From assembly GCA_963764165.1 (NCBI GenBank), contig CAVXRD010000002.1, positions 1,280,001-1,344,000 on the forward strand: DNA of 64,000 nt, written 5' to 3'. The position numbers and the translations under genes are program-made. Below are positions 8,973 through 19,359 of this stretch, piece by piece. The notes beneath the pieces were generated by a model. That model saw only the letters and a list, made by a program, of their open reading frames with translations, ran no database searches and was not told the origin of the DNA. The stretch's first letter is position 1. Each line of letters begins with the position of its first letter. This DNA comes from an uncultured Verrucomicrobiae bacterium (GTDB lineage Bacteria; Verrucomicrobiota; Verrucomicrobiia; Limisphaerales; Palsa-1400).

Positions 8973-11591
8973 TTACGCCCAAATTCCCTGCACGCCGGGA
9001 TGCACGGGGACGATGGGTTGCATCGGGCGGGGCGCTAATTTCCAGCCGGTGGCGGGCAGCGGCCACGGTGGCTTGGTGGGTTGCATGGCGTTCAGCAGGG
9101 ATTGCAAATAATCTCGGGCGCGCTGTTCAGTCTGGGCGTAGACGATCAGGTTTTTGTTCCGCAACGCCTCGGGCTGGGCGTTCCATGGCAGCCGCACCGC
9201 CCACGCTTTGCAGTCCGCCTCCAAGTCGTGAAGCATATAGAGGTGCTGCACGATGTTTTGAAAAATCTGGAACGTGCCCGCGCCATCCTTGCCCAGCGGG
9301 CGCTCCAGGTCCAACGCCTCGAACAAATGGCGGCGCGCTTCCTCCTTGTTTTTGCGCTCCAGTTCGATGCGTCCCAACCCCAGCCGCGCTTCTGGATAAT
9401 GTCCAACCCCCAGCACTTCCGAATAGAGAGCGGCGGCTTGATCGCGGCGGCGGGCCGTTTCGTTGAGCTGCGCCAATCGCAACAAGCGCTTTGCGGAATC
9501 TTCGGTCTGGCGGATATTTTCCGTGTGTTTGTCAGCCTCGTCAAAATTCCGCTTCAGCAAACTGGCTTGGGCGCGCAAGAAGCTGAGTTCGCCCGTCGTG
9601 TCCGTTTCGCCGTCGAAACGGGCGAGACTTTGGAATGCTTCGCGCGTGTATCCGTTCTCGACCAGCCGCGCGATCAGATACTTGAGGTGCTCCTTGGACT
9701 CGGGACGGACTTCACAAACGCGCCGGGCATTCATCAACGCGCTCTGCCGTTTTCCGCGATGATTCTGCACGATGGCAAGCAAGGCGAGCACGGTGGTTTG
9801 GCTGGAATCGAATTTCAGCACTCGCTCGAACATCGCCTCTGCGCGGATGGCATCACCTGTCAAGTAACCGGACCAGCCCGCGCTCCATGCCGTGGAAAAT
9901 GTGTTCAGCCCGGTTTGCCGTTGCGCGAAAAAGATGAGCTGATTCGATTCGGCCACCTGTCCGAATGCCGCGCAGGCCACCGCCGCCGCCAGCGCGCCAG
10001 GAACGGATTTTTTATCATGCTTCAAACACATCCGGGCGGCGACGTGCGCGCGGGCGAAGTCGCACGTCTCCAGCGCCTTGTAGCTCTCGGCAATCAAGAT
10101 TTCCATGCGGCGGGCGGATTTCCCCTCCTTGTTAACGCGGTCGGAAAGTTCGCGTTCGATTTCCTGCTGGCGGGCCTTGAATTCCTCCGGCGGAACCTTG
10201 GCGCGCGGACGCGTAAATTCTTCGTAAGTGGGAACCGGGAGCCGCACCTTGTCGCGATAGGCGCCGAGGCGGTTCGCTCCAAATCCGCCGGCAATGGCCA
10301 ATCCAGCCGCGGCAAAAGCCATTGCGACCTTGGCGCCGTGACGCGGCTGGCCAATCTCGATCATCGCGAACAGCGCCACGATGAATCCAGCCAGAATCAG
10401 CAGAAATCCCACGATCTGCAGTGGCCGCATGTGAATGTTCCGCCGGCTGCGTTTGGATAATTTCTCGAGACGGCGGCTGTCCCTTTCCTCCTGCTCGGCC
10501 ATGAGGCGTTGAATTTTTGCGATCAGCTTTCCCGCCATGTCATCCGGCTGGCGCAGGAGCCTCAAGCCGGGCGGCGAATCGGGCGGCAATGTGTTGTTGT
10601 CAGGAGGCAGGGCAAGAATTCGATCTTTGATGGAGGGATGCGTTGAATATTCGTTGAATCGAGCCGTTTCTGCATCCGGTCGAAATTGCGCGGTGCCGTG
10701 CGCAATCTCGCGCAGCAGCCAATCGCTGTAACCGCCAGCTTCCTGCATTTGCGCGACGCGCTCCGGCCACGGCAGCCGGGAGGTGATGTGCGTGAGCGCC
10801 TCCAATTTCGACAAAGCCGACTTCACAATGGTCGAACCACAGAGCTCTGCTGCGCCGTGGTCCGCCTCAAATTCGAGTTGACGTGTGTAGGCGGCGACGA
10901 ACCGGGTGCTCAGGCGCACCATGCGGCTGACCGGCCACATCAGCACGGGAGCGATGGTGACGTCTCTGTTCGCCCGCCGGTGAGCCTCAATGTTTCCCCA
11001 CAGCATCATGTCGAGCGTTCGCATCTGCCGCTGTCCGCTGGTCAGCCAGTTTTTGAATCCGCGCTTGATCAATTTCGCGTGCGCCATTTCATGCGCGAGA
11101 ACAGATTCGATTTCCGCGGCAGAAAGTCCCGCCATCAGATCATAGCCGATTCCCAATTTCGTCTTTCCGCCTCCCGCGCTCAGTCCGTGAAGGCGCACCC
11201 ACGCGTTGGTGCTCATTTCAAGGAACACTTCGCGCGGGATGCCGAGCTCCAATTGGCCGCAAAGGCGCGCAAGAATCGCGTGCAATTCCGGCGCGTCTTC
11301 AGGACTGAGCGCGACGCGCGAGTCGACTTCTTTTGCCGGGCGAAAAGAAAGGATGAGGGCTGTCAATAATTCGCCGTGCCGCCCGATGTAAGCCGCGACG
11401 AATCGGGCCAAACCAAAACGAGCGCCCACCAGCAGCATGAGAAACTCAAGGATCAACAGCGCGCACAAACCCAGCACGGCAGCGGCGGCGTAAAGATAAA
11501 ATGCCAGGGTCACCACCGCCGCTCCGAGGCCAGCCATGAACCTCGCGGCGGGGCTTAGCGGTTTCTCTGCTGATGTGTCGTTGGTTGGCAT
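8973..11591 (-). CDS. M48-family membrane zinc metalloprotease with a long helical (TPR-like) C-terminal region
   Basis: LAHEMAH zinc motif, EFEAD third ligand, STHPS..DRI, TM helices and Ala/Leu-rich helical repeats. Confidence 0.85.
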   Translation of the reverse strand: MPTNDTSAEKPLSPAARFMAGLGAAVVTLAFYLYAAAAVLGLCALLILEFLMLLVGARFGLARFVAAYIGRHGELLTALILSFRPAKEVDSRVALSPEDAPELHAILARLCGQLELGIPREVFLEMSTNAWVRLHGLSAGGGKTKLGIGYDLMAGLSAAEIESVLAHEMAHAKLIKRGFKNWLTSGQRQMRTLDMMLWGNIEAHRRANRDVTIAPVLMWPVSRMVRLSTRFVAAYTRQLEFEADHGAAELCGSTIVKSALSKLEALTHITSRLPWPERVAQMQEAGGYSDWLLREIAHGTAQFRPDAETARFNEYSTHPSIKDRILALPPDNNTLPPDSPPGLRLLRQPDDMAGKLIAKIQRLMAEQEERDSRRLEKLSKRSRRNIHMRPLQIVGFLLILAGFIVALFAMIEIGQPRHGAKVAMAFAAAGLAIAGGFGANRLGAYRDKVRLPVPTYEEFTRPRAKVPPEEFKARQQEIERELSDRVNKEGKSARRMEILIAESYKALETCDFARAHVAARMCLKHDKKSVPGALAAAVACAAFGQVAESNQLIFFAQRQTGLNTFSTAWSAGWSGYLTGDAIRAEAMFERVLKFDSSQTTVLALLAIVQNHRGKRQSALMNARRVCEVRPESKEHLKYLIARLVENGYTREAFQSLARFDGETDTTGELSFLRAQASLLKRNFDEADKHTENIRQTEDSAKRLLRLAQLNETARRRDQAAALYSEVLGVGHYPEARLGLGRIELERKNKEEARRHLFEALDLERPLGKDGAGTFQIFQNIVQHLYMLHDLEADCKAWAVRLPWNAQPEALRNKNLIVYAQTEQRARDYLQSLLNAMQPTKPPWPLPATGWKLAPRPMQPIVPVHPGVQGIWA

Positions 11592-11597
11592 CGCGGT

Positions 11598-13301
11598 TCA
11601 GCTTGGCCGCCAGTCGAGCACTCTCAATTGCACGGTGCGGCGACCATTAAATTCGTTGACAGTCGGAGTGAAGGCGAGATCGAAACGCTCGCCGGGTAGC
11701 GGGGCGTTGCGGCAATTCCACCAGACGGCGTCCAAAACCAACTTTCCCGCCGCGACACGAAATTTCACATGTTGGCTTTCTTTGCCCATGCGCATTGGCG
11801 GGACGAAGTGCGTCACGCTGCGCAATGAGAATCGCACCATCGGATTGCCCTGGCCGACGGGCTCGAGGCGCGACAATTCCTCCACACGCTCGAGTGTCAA
11901 TTCGGACCACGCGATATCGGCATCGAGTTTAAGGCAGGGGCGGAGATGTTCTTCGCGCAACGCCGCGCGAGCCAGATCATTGAGGCGCTGGCGGAGCAGA
12001 TCAATTTTGTCGGCGTTCAAGCTCATCCCCGCCGCCATCGCGTGGCCGCCGTGGCGCAGCAGCAAGTCCGCGCATTCGCGCAGCGCGGCAGCCATGTCAA
12101 AACCTTCGATGCTCCGCGCCGAACCGCGCCAGCAAATGCCATCGCCGCCGAAGATCACCGTCGGCCGGTAAAATTCCTGCAACACGCGCGAGGCCACGAT
12201 GCCGACAACACCGATGTGCCAATCTTCCCTGCCCTCGACGATGACAAATTCCTTCGCCGGATCGAATCGCGGGCGAATTACTGCCGTTGCCTCGTCGCAG
12301 ATGCGGCGCTCGATTTCCTGGCGGCGGCGGTTGCGGTCGTCGAGCTGCCTGGCCAGCCATTCCGCTTCGACGGAATCGCGAGTCAATAACAGTTTGAGCG
12401 CATCGCAGGCATCTTCCAAGCGGCCGGCGGCGTTGAGGCGCGGGGCAAGCTGGAATGCGACTTCGTAACTTCCGGCAGGGCCACGCGTGAAAGCGGCCTC
12501 TTTCAACGCCATCAAGCCCGGACGATGCGTGGTGTTCAATCGCTCCAGTCCCGCGGTGACGAGAATGCGATTCTCGCCTGTCAACGGAACAAGATCGGCG
12601 ATGCTTCCGAGGGCCACGAGATCGAGTTGCGTGCGGATGTCATAGGCCGCGGCTTCGGCGTCGCCTTGGTCGCGAAGGCGCTTGAGGATGGCGTGAACGA
12701 GCTTGAAGGCGAGGCCAACCGAGCAGAGTTCGCGGAAATTCGCGCCGAGCTGCGGATTCACCAGCGCGACCGCCGCCGGGGCGGGCGACGACACTTGGTG
12801 GTGATCGAGCACCAATACATCGATGCCTTGCTCGCGCAGCCAAGCGATCACCTCGACAGCGGTTGAACCGCAATCAACGGCCAGCAGCAGGCGCACGGAA
12901 TGTTTTTGCAGGCAATGTTCGACGCCGTCGCGGCTCAACCCGTAACCCTCGTCCATCCGGTGCGGCAAATAACACTCCACCCGCCAGCCCAGCGCAGTCA
13001 GCGACTCCACCAGCAGCGCGGAGGAACTGACGCCATCGACATCGTAATCTCCGAAGACCACCAGCGGCTCGCCGCGGCTGCGCGCCGTTAGCAAACGATC
13101 CACGGCGGCGGCCATGTTCGGCAGGAGAAACGGGTCGGCCAGATTCTTCAATCGCGGTTCGAGAAATTGAGAGAGAATTTCCGGCTCGCCCAACTCGCGA
13201 TTGAGCAGGCATTGGGCGAGCAGGGGGGAGATTTGCAGCGCTTCGGCCAATTCCCGCGACCGCGCGTTCTGCTCCGGCGCCACCGTCCATGCATACTTCA
13301 T
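11598..13301 (-). CDS. recJ: Single-stranded-DNA-specific exonuclease RecJ
   Basis: GDYDVDG, EGYGL, VDCG, LDHH, PRLNAAGR and GGHAMAAG motifs; ATG at 13301 overlaps the terC stop. Confidence 0.96.
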   Translation of the reverse strand: MKYAWTVAPEQNARSRELAEALQISPLLAQCLLNRELGEPEILSQFLEPRLKNLADPFLLPNMAAAVDRLLTARSRGEPLVVFGDYDVDGVSSSALLVESLTALGWRVECYLPHRMDEGYGLSRDGVEHCLQKHSVRLLLAVDCGSTAVEVIAWLREQGIDVLVLDHHQVSSPAPAAVALVNPQLGANFRELCSVGLAFKLVHAILKRLRDQGDAEAAAYDIRTQLDLVALGSIADLVPLTGENRILVTAGLERLNTTHRPGLMALKEAAFTRGPAGSYEVAFQLAPRLNAAGRLEDACDALKLLLTRDSVEAEWLARQLDDRNRRRQEIERRICDEATAVIRPRFDPAKEFVIVEGREDWHIGVVGIVASRVLQEFYRPTVIFGGDGICWRGSARSIEGFDMAAALRECADLLLRHGGHAMAAGMSLNADKIDLLRQRLNDLARAALREEHLRPCLKLDADIAWSELTLERVEELSRLEPVGQGNPMVRFSLRSVTHFVPPMRMGKESQHVKFRVAAGKLVLDAVWWNCRNAPLPGERFDLAFTPTVNEFNGRRTVQLRVLDWRPS

Positions 13302-14245
13302 GACGCCGAATTTTGGCCCTTGTTGCGGCGCGCGTCCAACACGGAATAGAGAATCGCGGTGGCGACGATCAACGCGACCAAGCCCATCCAGACGACGGTC
13401 GGCCAGTGAATCCAATCCGAGGCCAGCATTTTCACACCAATCAAAATCAGCACCGCCGCCAGCCCCGCGCGCAAATAGCGAAACGAGCTCAACGCCCCTG
13501 TCAAAACGAAATACAAGGAGCGCAATCCGAGGACGGCAAACATATTCGAGGTGAACACGATGAAGGCGTCCTGCGTCACCGCGAAGACCGCCGGGACGGA
13601 ATCCACCGCGAAAATAATGTCCGCTGCCTCCACCGCGATCAGGACCAGAGCCAGCGGCGTCAGGGCAAATTTTCCTCCCGAGCGCATGATGAATTTGCCG
13701 CCCTCGAAGTTCGGCGTGATTGGAAATACCTTCCGGGCGAACTCAGCAATGCGATGCTTTTGCCCGGAGGCCGGAGATTGTTTGGAGAAAGCCCAGCGCG
13801 CTCCCGTGACGACCAGAAAAAGGCCCATGAGATAGAGCAGCCAGTGGAACGCTTGCAGCAAGACCGCGCCCGCCCCGATCATGACTCCGCGCATCACCAG
13901 CGCCCCGACGATGCCCCAGCCCAGCACCCAATGCTGATACTTCTCTTCCAGACGGAACGACGTGAAAATCACCGCGATGGCCAGAAGGTTGTCAAGAGAA
14001 AGAGAAAGCTCCACGAGGTAGCCGCCGAGGAATTGAAAGGACGCCTCCCGGCCCCGCCAGTGGGAAAGCGCCGAGCCAAATATCAGCGCGGCCAGAAACC
14101 AGACGCCGCTCCAGAGCAGCGCCTCGCGGGTTTTCATGGTGCGCGCGCCGCGATGGAAAACGCCAAGGTCAACCGCCACCGCCAGCAGGATGAAAATTAC
14201 GAATCCCGCCCAATACCAAGGCTGGATTGGGATTGGCGCCGCCAT
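13298..14245 (-). CDS. TerC/Alx family membrane protein
   Basis: ELSLSLDNL, GALVMRG, DIIFAVDSVPA and SNMFAVLGLRSLYF motifs. Confidence 0.93.
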   Translation of the reverse strand: MAAPIPIQPWYWAGFVIFILLAVAVDLGVFHRGARTMKTREALLWSGVWFLAALIFGSALSHWRGREASFQFLGGYLVELSLSLDNLLAIAVIFTSFRLEEKYQHWVLGWGIVGALVMRGVMIGAGAVLLQAFHWLLYLMGLFLVVTGARWAFSKQSPASGQKHRIAEFARKVFPITPNFEGGKFIMRSGGKFALTPLALVLIAVEAADIIFAVDSVPAVFAVTQDAFIVFTSNMFAVLGLRSLYFVLTGALSSFRYLRAGLAAVLILIGVKMLASDWIHWPTVVWMGLVALIVATAILYSVLDARRNKGQNSAS

Positions 14246-14254
14246 GGACGCCGC

Positions 14255-16774
14255 TTAAGCGCGGGCCTTGACACCGTTCGGAATTTCCTCAGCCGCCACC
14301 GGTGCGGCAATCTTCGGGCGTTCGCCCTTGTGCCACCACAGCACCAGCGCGCTGGCAATGTAAATGCTGGAATACGTTCCCGTGAGGATGCCGACCAGGA
14401 AGGTGAAGGCGAAGTCATTAATCACGCCGCCGCCGAAGATGAACAACATCAACGTCGCGATAAACACCGTGCCGCTCGTGATCAAGGTTCGGCTCAAGGT
14501 CTGGTTGAGCGCGATATTCATCACGTCTTTGAATGATCCGCGGATGCCGAGTTTCAAATCCTCGCGAATACGGTCAAAGATCACGATGGTGTCGTTAATC
14601 GAGAAGCCGATGATGGTCAGGATTGCCGCCACGATGGGCGCGCTGAATTGCCTGCTTGTCAAACAAAAGACGCCAATCGTCATCAGCACGTCGTGAATGA
14701 CGGCCAGCACCGCGCCGACGGAGAACGAGAATTCGTAACGGAGCGCGACGTAGAACAAAATGAAGAACAGCGAGAGGAACGAAGCGGTGACCGCGGATTT
14801 CAAAATCTCGTCGCCAACCACTGCGCCGACGCGATCCTGCCCGACCTTTTCAAAACCGGCGCTGGCAAATTTCTCTTTCAAAATCTTCACCACTTCCTCG
14901 CCCTTGCCGAACGGAGCGACCACTTGCAAGACATCGAGAGTGGCGCCGCTTTGATATTGCGGTTGGATTTCGCCAACCGGCTTCAGCGCTTCACGGATTT
15001 GGCCCACATCCACTTTCTGCTTGTAGGCGAGCCGCACGGCATCGCCACCCATGAAATCGATGCCCAGCGCCTGCGAGCCGCGGCCAAAGATGCCGTAGCA
15101 CACGCCAACCAAAATGATCGTCCAGGAAGCGATGAAGGCCGGTTTGGCCCATTTCATGAAATCCCAATTCTTGTTCGTGATCATGTGCATCATGCCGATG
15201 CGATTGAGCCAGCCCTTGTTGAGAAGGAAGTCAAAAATCAACCGCGTCATCACGAGGCTGGTGAACAAGCTCAAGGCCACGCCGATGGTCAGCGTCACGC
15301 CGAAACCCTTGACTGAACCGGTGCCGAAATAAATCAAGACGATGGCCGAAATCAGCGTAGTCGTGTGCGAGTCAAAAATAACTTTGAAGGCGCGGCTGTA
15401 GGCGGCGGAAATCGCGCCCCGAATGGATTTGCCTGTCGCCATTTCTTCACGCAGACGCTCGTAAATAAGTACATTCGCGTCGACGGCCATGCCGACCGTC
15501 AGCACGATGCCCGCGATGCCGGGCAGCGTCAGCGTGGTGCCAATGGAGCACATGACGCCCAGCAAAATGATCAGGTTCAGAACCATCGCGATATCGGCAA
15601 TCATGCCGCAGCGGTGATAGTAAACAGCCATGAAGAGCGCGACCGCCAAAGTTCCATACAGCGCCGCCTGGATGCCGCTGGAGATGGAATCTTTGCCGAG
15701 TGTCGGGTCGACCTGGCTCATCTGGTCAATCCTGACCGGAGTTTCGAGGGGGTTTTCCAGAACATTCGCCACCATGACGGCTTCGTCAAAATCCATGTTG
15801 CCGCCGGAAATTTCGCCGTTGCCGTAAATGCGGTCGCGGATCACCGGGGCGCTGTAAAGGGAACCGTCCAAGACGATAGCCAGGCGTTCGTTTTTGTGGG
15901 TTTCGGTGTAATCGGCGAATTTCTGCGCGCCGACGGTATCAAATTCAAACTCAATCACCGGTTCGCCGGTGGTTGGATTGCGGTTCGGCATCGCCCGCTT
16001 GATGTATTTGCCGGTCAATCCATTGGCCAAGCGCTTCTCGACAAGGTTCGTTTCGACGGATTCGCTGCCATCCCGGTTCTTGATTTTGAGCGTCATCAAT
16101 TGATCGCCCGGCGGGATGATGCCGTCTTTGAGCAGTTGAGGAGTTTCTGGATCAACACCACGAAATTCCAAGTAGGCCGCCTTTTGAATGCTTCTCGTGG
16201 CGTCCTCGATCCCCGCCTGCGACAAGCCGGGCAATTGAATCAAAATGTGGCTCTCGCCTTCCGGCTGGATGAGAGGTTCGGCCACACCGAGGCGATCCAC
16301 ACGGCGGCGCAGCACTTCGACCGCTTGTGAAATGGCGCGCTGGCGCGTATCCGAAGCAGAAACGTTGGTGCCCACTTGAATGTGATTCGTGTCCAGGCTG
16401 ACGCGGAATTCCGTGCCGCCCTGCAAATCTAGGCCCAGCTTGATTTTGCCGGCCGCCTTGCGTTGAAGAAGGTTCAGAATGGCGCGGTTGGGCGCTTCTT
16501 CGCTATGGACGTCGAAATTGGGGAACAACGGGCGAAGGTCGTTCGTTCCGGTCGCGGCCATCAAATCCGCGAATTCGCGGTGCGCGTCCGGGCTTTTTTT
16601 CTGAGCATCGCGGGCAGACTGGACGATTTTCTGGAACGTCGCCTCCGATTTGCCGGGTGTGGCTTCGTCGTTGAATTCGGCGATCAGGTCACGGTTGGAA
16701 GGCGGGTTCATTTCCCAGAGAGACCACGCGACCAGGAACACAATTAACGCCCACCACAACTTCGGCTTTTTCAT
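14255..16774 (-). CDS. secDF: Protein translocase SecDF fusion
   Basis: LGLDLQGG, GMAVDANVLIYER, LGIDFMGG, GFSINDTIVIFDRIRE and GTYSSIYIA motifs. Confidence 0.96.
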   Translation of the reverse strand: MKKPKLWWALIVFLVAWSLWEMNPPSNRDLIAEFNDEATPGKSEATFQKIVQSARDAQKKSPDAHREFADLMAATGTNDLRPLFPNFDVHSEEAPNRAILNLLQRKAAGKIKLGLDLQGGTEFRVSLDTNHIQVGTNVSASDTRQRAISQAVEVLRRRVDRLGVAEPLIQPEGESHILIQLPGLSQAGIEDATRSIQKAAYLEFRGVDPETPQLLKDGIIPPGDQLMTLKIKNRDGSESVETNLVEKRLANGLTGKYIKRAMPNRNPTTGEPVIEFEFDTVGAQKFADYTETHKNERLAIVLDGSLYSAPVIRDRIYGNGEISGGNMDFDEAVMVANVLENPLETPVRIDQMSQVDPTLGKDSISSGIQAALYGTLAVALFMAVYYHRCGMIADIAMVLNLIILLGVMCSIGTTLTLPGIAGIVLTVGMAVDANVLIYERLREEMATGKSIRGAISAAYSRAFKVIFDSHTTTLISAIVLIYFGTGSVKGFGVTLTIGVALSLFTSLVMTRLIFDFLLNKGWLNRIGMMHMITNKNWDFMKWAKPAFIASWTIILVGVCYGIFGRGSQALGIDFMGGDAVRLAYKQKVDVGQIREALKPVGEIQPQYQSGATLDVLQVVAPFGKGEEVVKILKEKFASAGFEKVGQDRVGAVVGDEILKSAVTASFLSLFFILFYVALRYEFSFSVGAVLAVIHDVLMTIGVFCLTSRQFSAPIVAAILTIIGFSINDTIVIFDRIREDLKLGIRGSFKDVMNIALNQTLSRTLITSGTVFIATLMLFIFGGGVINDFAFTFLVGILTGTYSSIYIASALVLWWHKGERPKIAAPVAAEEIPNGVKARA

Positions 16775-16797
16775 GCGACTTGCTTAAATTACGTAAA

Positions 16798-17238
16798 TTA
16801 AATTTTCACCTGGCTCGGCTCAAGAGCCTTGTCGGCGATCTTCTTTGGATCGTTTGGCTCGCCGCTCCGTTCAATGACTTCAAGGACGGAGGATTTCAGG
16901 ATTTCCAGTTTAGTATCAGCGGACCGGATGGAAAGTGTTTTATCTTTGATGCTCAAGACGACCCCAAGGATGCCGCTGCTGGTGACGACTTTGTCGCCCG
17001 GCTTGAGAGCCTTGAGAGTGGCTTCCTGTTCCTTGGCCTTCTTGCGCTGCGGGGCGATGAGCAGGAAATACATGCCCAAGCCAAAGATGACCATGAGGAA
17101 AAGACTGCGGATGCCGTCGCCAGTCGGATTTGGCACGGTCTGAGTCTGGCCTGTGGCGCCGCCAGGGTCGGCCGAGCCTTGGGCCCACAGTGATGGCTGG
17201 GCCATGGCGACGAGCAGGGCATAAAGTCTCACTTTCAT
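16798..17238 (-). CDS. yajC: Preprotein translocase subunit YajC
   Basis: MYFLLIAPQRKK..LKPGDKVVTSSGILG; directly upstream of secDF. Confidence 0.93.
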   Translation of the reverse strand: MKVRLYALLVAMAQPSLWAQGSADPGGATGQTQTVPNPTGDGIRSLFLMVIFGLGMYFLLIAPQRKKAKEQEATLKALKPGDKVVTSSGILGVVLSIKDKTLSIRSADTKLEILKSSVLEVIERSGEPNDPKKIADKALEPSQVKI

Positions 17239-17341
17239 AAGTCGAGCCGCTCAATTTATGGATTCTGCCCCCGATAGCAAGCAAAAGTTTGGCCGCGAAG
17301 AGGAGCCGGTGATAGTGGAAGTGGGTGATGCGCATTTAGAC

Positions 17342-17458
17342 GAGCGCGGCTGTGTTCGACGGAGCGAAGCGACAGAGAACCAGCCGCAGCAAGGCGCGAT
17401 CAACAGGCGCGTGTGTCGGTACGACGCGCTGCGGCTGGTCTTCAACACAGCCGCGCTC
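17342..17458. repeat. REP-like doublet, family B (AGCGCGGCTGTGT..ACCAGCCGCAGC and inverted partner)
   Basis: Inverted arms; the same family occurs at 51635-51813. Confidence 0.8.
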
Positions 17459-17701
17459 GCCAAAAGGGCTGCATCCCTCATCCACTTCTAATCACACCCA
17501 GAGGATCACCGCAGACACTACAGTGGCACCTACGACCATTAGCCCTACTTTCGCAACATCGATTGCGAAACAAAACCGACGGCTGCATTGACTGCCTGCT
17601 CACGCGTGATAACTTCCTGAATGCGCCGGACTCAAATGCCAAATTCGGTGGCAGTTCTGGACGTAGTTTGGTCTGCCTTGGTTTTCTCGCGTCCGTTCAC
17701 C

Positions 17702-19009
17702 ATGACCCGTTTGGCACCACTTATTCTGGCGCAGGCATTGTTTTGCCTCTCTGCTTTTGCCGGTGAAACACCGAACGACGGCGCATCCCCAAATCGCGCC
17801 ATCCAATATCTGGTTGCCACCAACCTTCAGGATCCCGTCGCTGTGCTGCAGCGCCAGATCGCTGCCGGCAAAACCCAATTGAAATTCGACTCCTCGCGTG
17901 GCTACCTCCCGGCTCTGCTCGAAGCGCTCGGCGTGCAGCGATCATCCCAATGCCTGGTTTTCTCGAAAACAAGCTGCCAGGCGCACGAAACAAGCCCGCA
18001 GACGCCGCGCGCCCTCTACTTCAACGACGAAGTCAGCCTTGGATGGGTTCCCAACGGCACGGACATCGATGTGATTGCCATCGATCCGCGTGTTGGCCCG
18101 GTTTTCTACACACTTGAACAGAAGCCAGCAGCCGCGCCCCATTTCGAAGTGCGCGACGAATGCATGCGCTGCCACTTTGGCGGGCGCACGACATTCCTTC
18201 CCGAATTGGTGGTCCGGTCATTTTACACGGCTCCCGATGGCAAGCCCCTGTCGGGCGCCGCCAATTATGTCAGCCATGAATCGCCGCTGAGCGACCGCTG
18301 GGGCGGATGGTATGTCACGGGCAAACATCCGAACGAGCTTCATCTCGGCAATCTCTTCGTCGCGGATCGTTCTCAGATCGATCAGGTCGACCGGAGGCGC
18401 GGCGCGAACGTAACTGACCTTGGGCCGTACTTCGACACCTCGCGCTACCTTTCGTCCGGCAGCGATATCGTCGCATTGCTCGTGCTCGAACATCAGGCGC
18501 GCATGCAAAACCTGCTCACCTTCGCTTACGACGAGACCCGCCTTGCGCTGGAGGAAATGAACACCCCGCGCCAACCCGGCGCCATTGGAAGTCCAGATTG
18601 GCCGCGGGAACGCATTGCCCTGGCTGGCGAAAAACTCCTTCAATACATGCTCTTCCGCGAGGAAGCTGCTCTGCGCGGTCCTATTGAAGGCACCTCGGAT
18701 TTTGCAAGGCAATTCGCTCAGACCGGCCCGCGGACGGCGGACGGGCGCTCGTTAAGGCAGTTCGACCTGAATTCCCGATTGTTCAAATATCCGTGCAGCT
18801 ATCTCATTTACTCGCCGGCGTTTGATGCGTTGCAGGACCCCATGAAGGACTTCCTCTGGAAGCGCCTTGAGCAGATTCTTGCCGGCGAGGATCATTCCGC
18901 CGCCTATGCGACATTTGCGGCGGCGGACCGGGAGGCGGTGCTCCAAATTCTGCGCGAGACCAAATCGGAATTCGCGGCGTGGCTGAAGAAAAAGATCGCG
19001 TCGCGATAA
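17702..19009 (+). CDS. Exported protein of unknown function with one CxxCH heme c motif
   Basis: Signal peptide MTRLAPLILAQALFCLSAFA, ECMRCH, and conserved-looking blocks VFSKTS, PRALYFND, RWGGWYVTG, SLRQFDL..RLFKYPCSYLIYS. Confidence 0.75.
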   Translation: MTRLAPLILAQALFCLSAFAGETPNDGASPNRAIQYLVATNLQDPVAVLQRQIAAGKTQLKFDSSRGYLPALLEALGVQRSSQCLVFSKTSCQAHETSPQTPRALYFNDEVSLGWVPNGTDIDVIAIDPRVGPVFYTLEQKPAAAPHFEVRDECMRCHFGGRTTFLPELVVRSFYTAPDGKPLSGAANYVSHESPLSDRWGGWYVTGKHPNELHLGNLFVADRSQIDQVDRRRGANVTDLGPYFDTSRYLSSGSDIVALLVLEHQARMQNLLTFAYDETRLALEEMNTPRQPGAIGSPDWPRERIALAGEKLLQYMLFREEAALRGPIEGTSDFARQFAQTGPRTADGRSLRQFDLNSRLFKYPCSYLIYSPAFDALQDPMKDFLWKRLEQILAGEDHSAAYATFAAADREAVLQILRETKSEFAAWLKKKIASR

Positions 19010-19164
19010 TCCGACCGGCGGAAGATAAGGTGGAAGACCCTGAGGTTAAAAACGTCCCTGGCCAATTTCATCCAGACGCCGGGTCCGGCCTAAAAAACGG
19101 CACTGACAAAAACCTTGCGGGCCGCGTGCCCCCGCGCGGCGCGTTATGCAATCCATGAATGTCA

Positions 19165-19255
19165 ACAGAAGGACACAAAGCACACGAAGGAGGGCTGAGA
19201 ACTTGACCAAGGCATACCTTTTGTTCCCACTTCGTAACTTCGTGTCCTTCTGTTA
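19165..19255. repeat. Intergenic inverted repeat (AACAGAAGGACACAAAG ... CTTCGTGTCCTTCTGTT)
   Basis: 17-bp arms with one mismatch around a long spacer. Confidence 0.6.
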
Positions 19256-19359
19256 AAACCCCTCCCGTCCATCTTTTTAGCAAACGAAATTAGCCTTTTC
19301 CTCGAATAAAGAATGGCCTATACCGTCAGTACATGTCTCCCAATTGGAGCGAATTTTTT

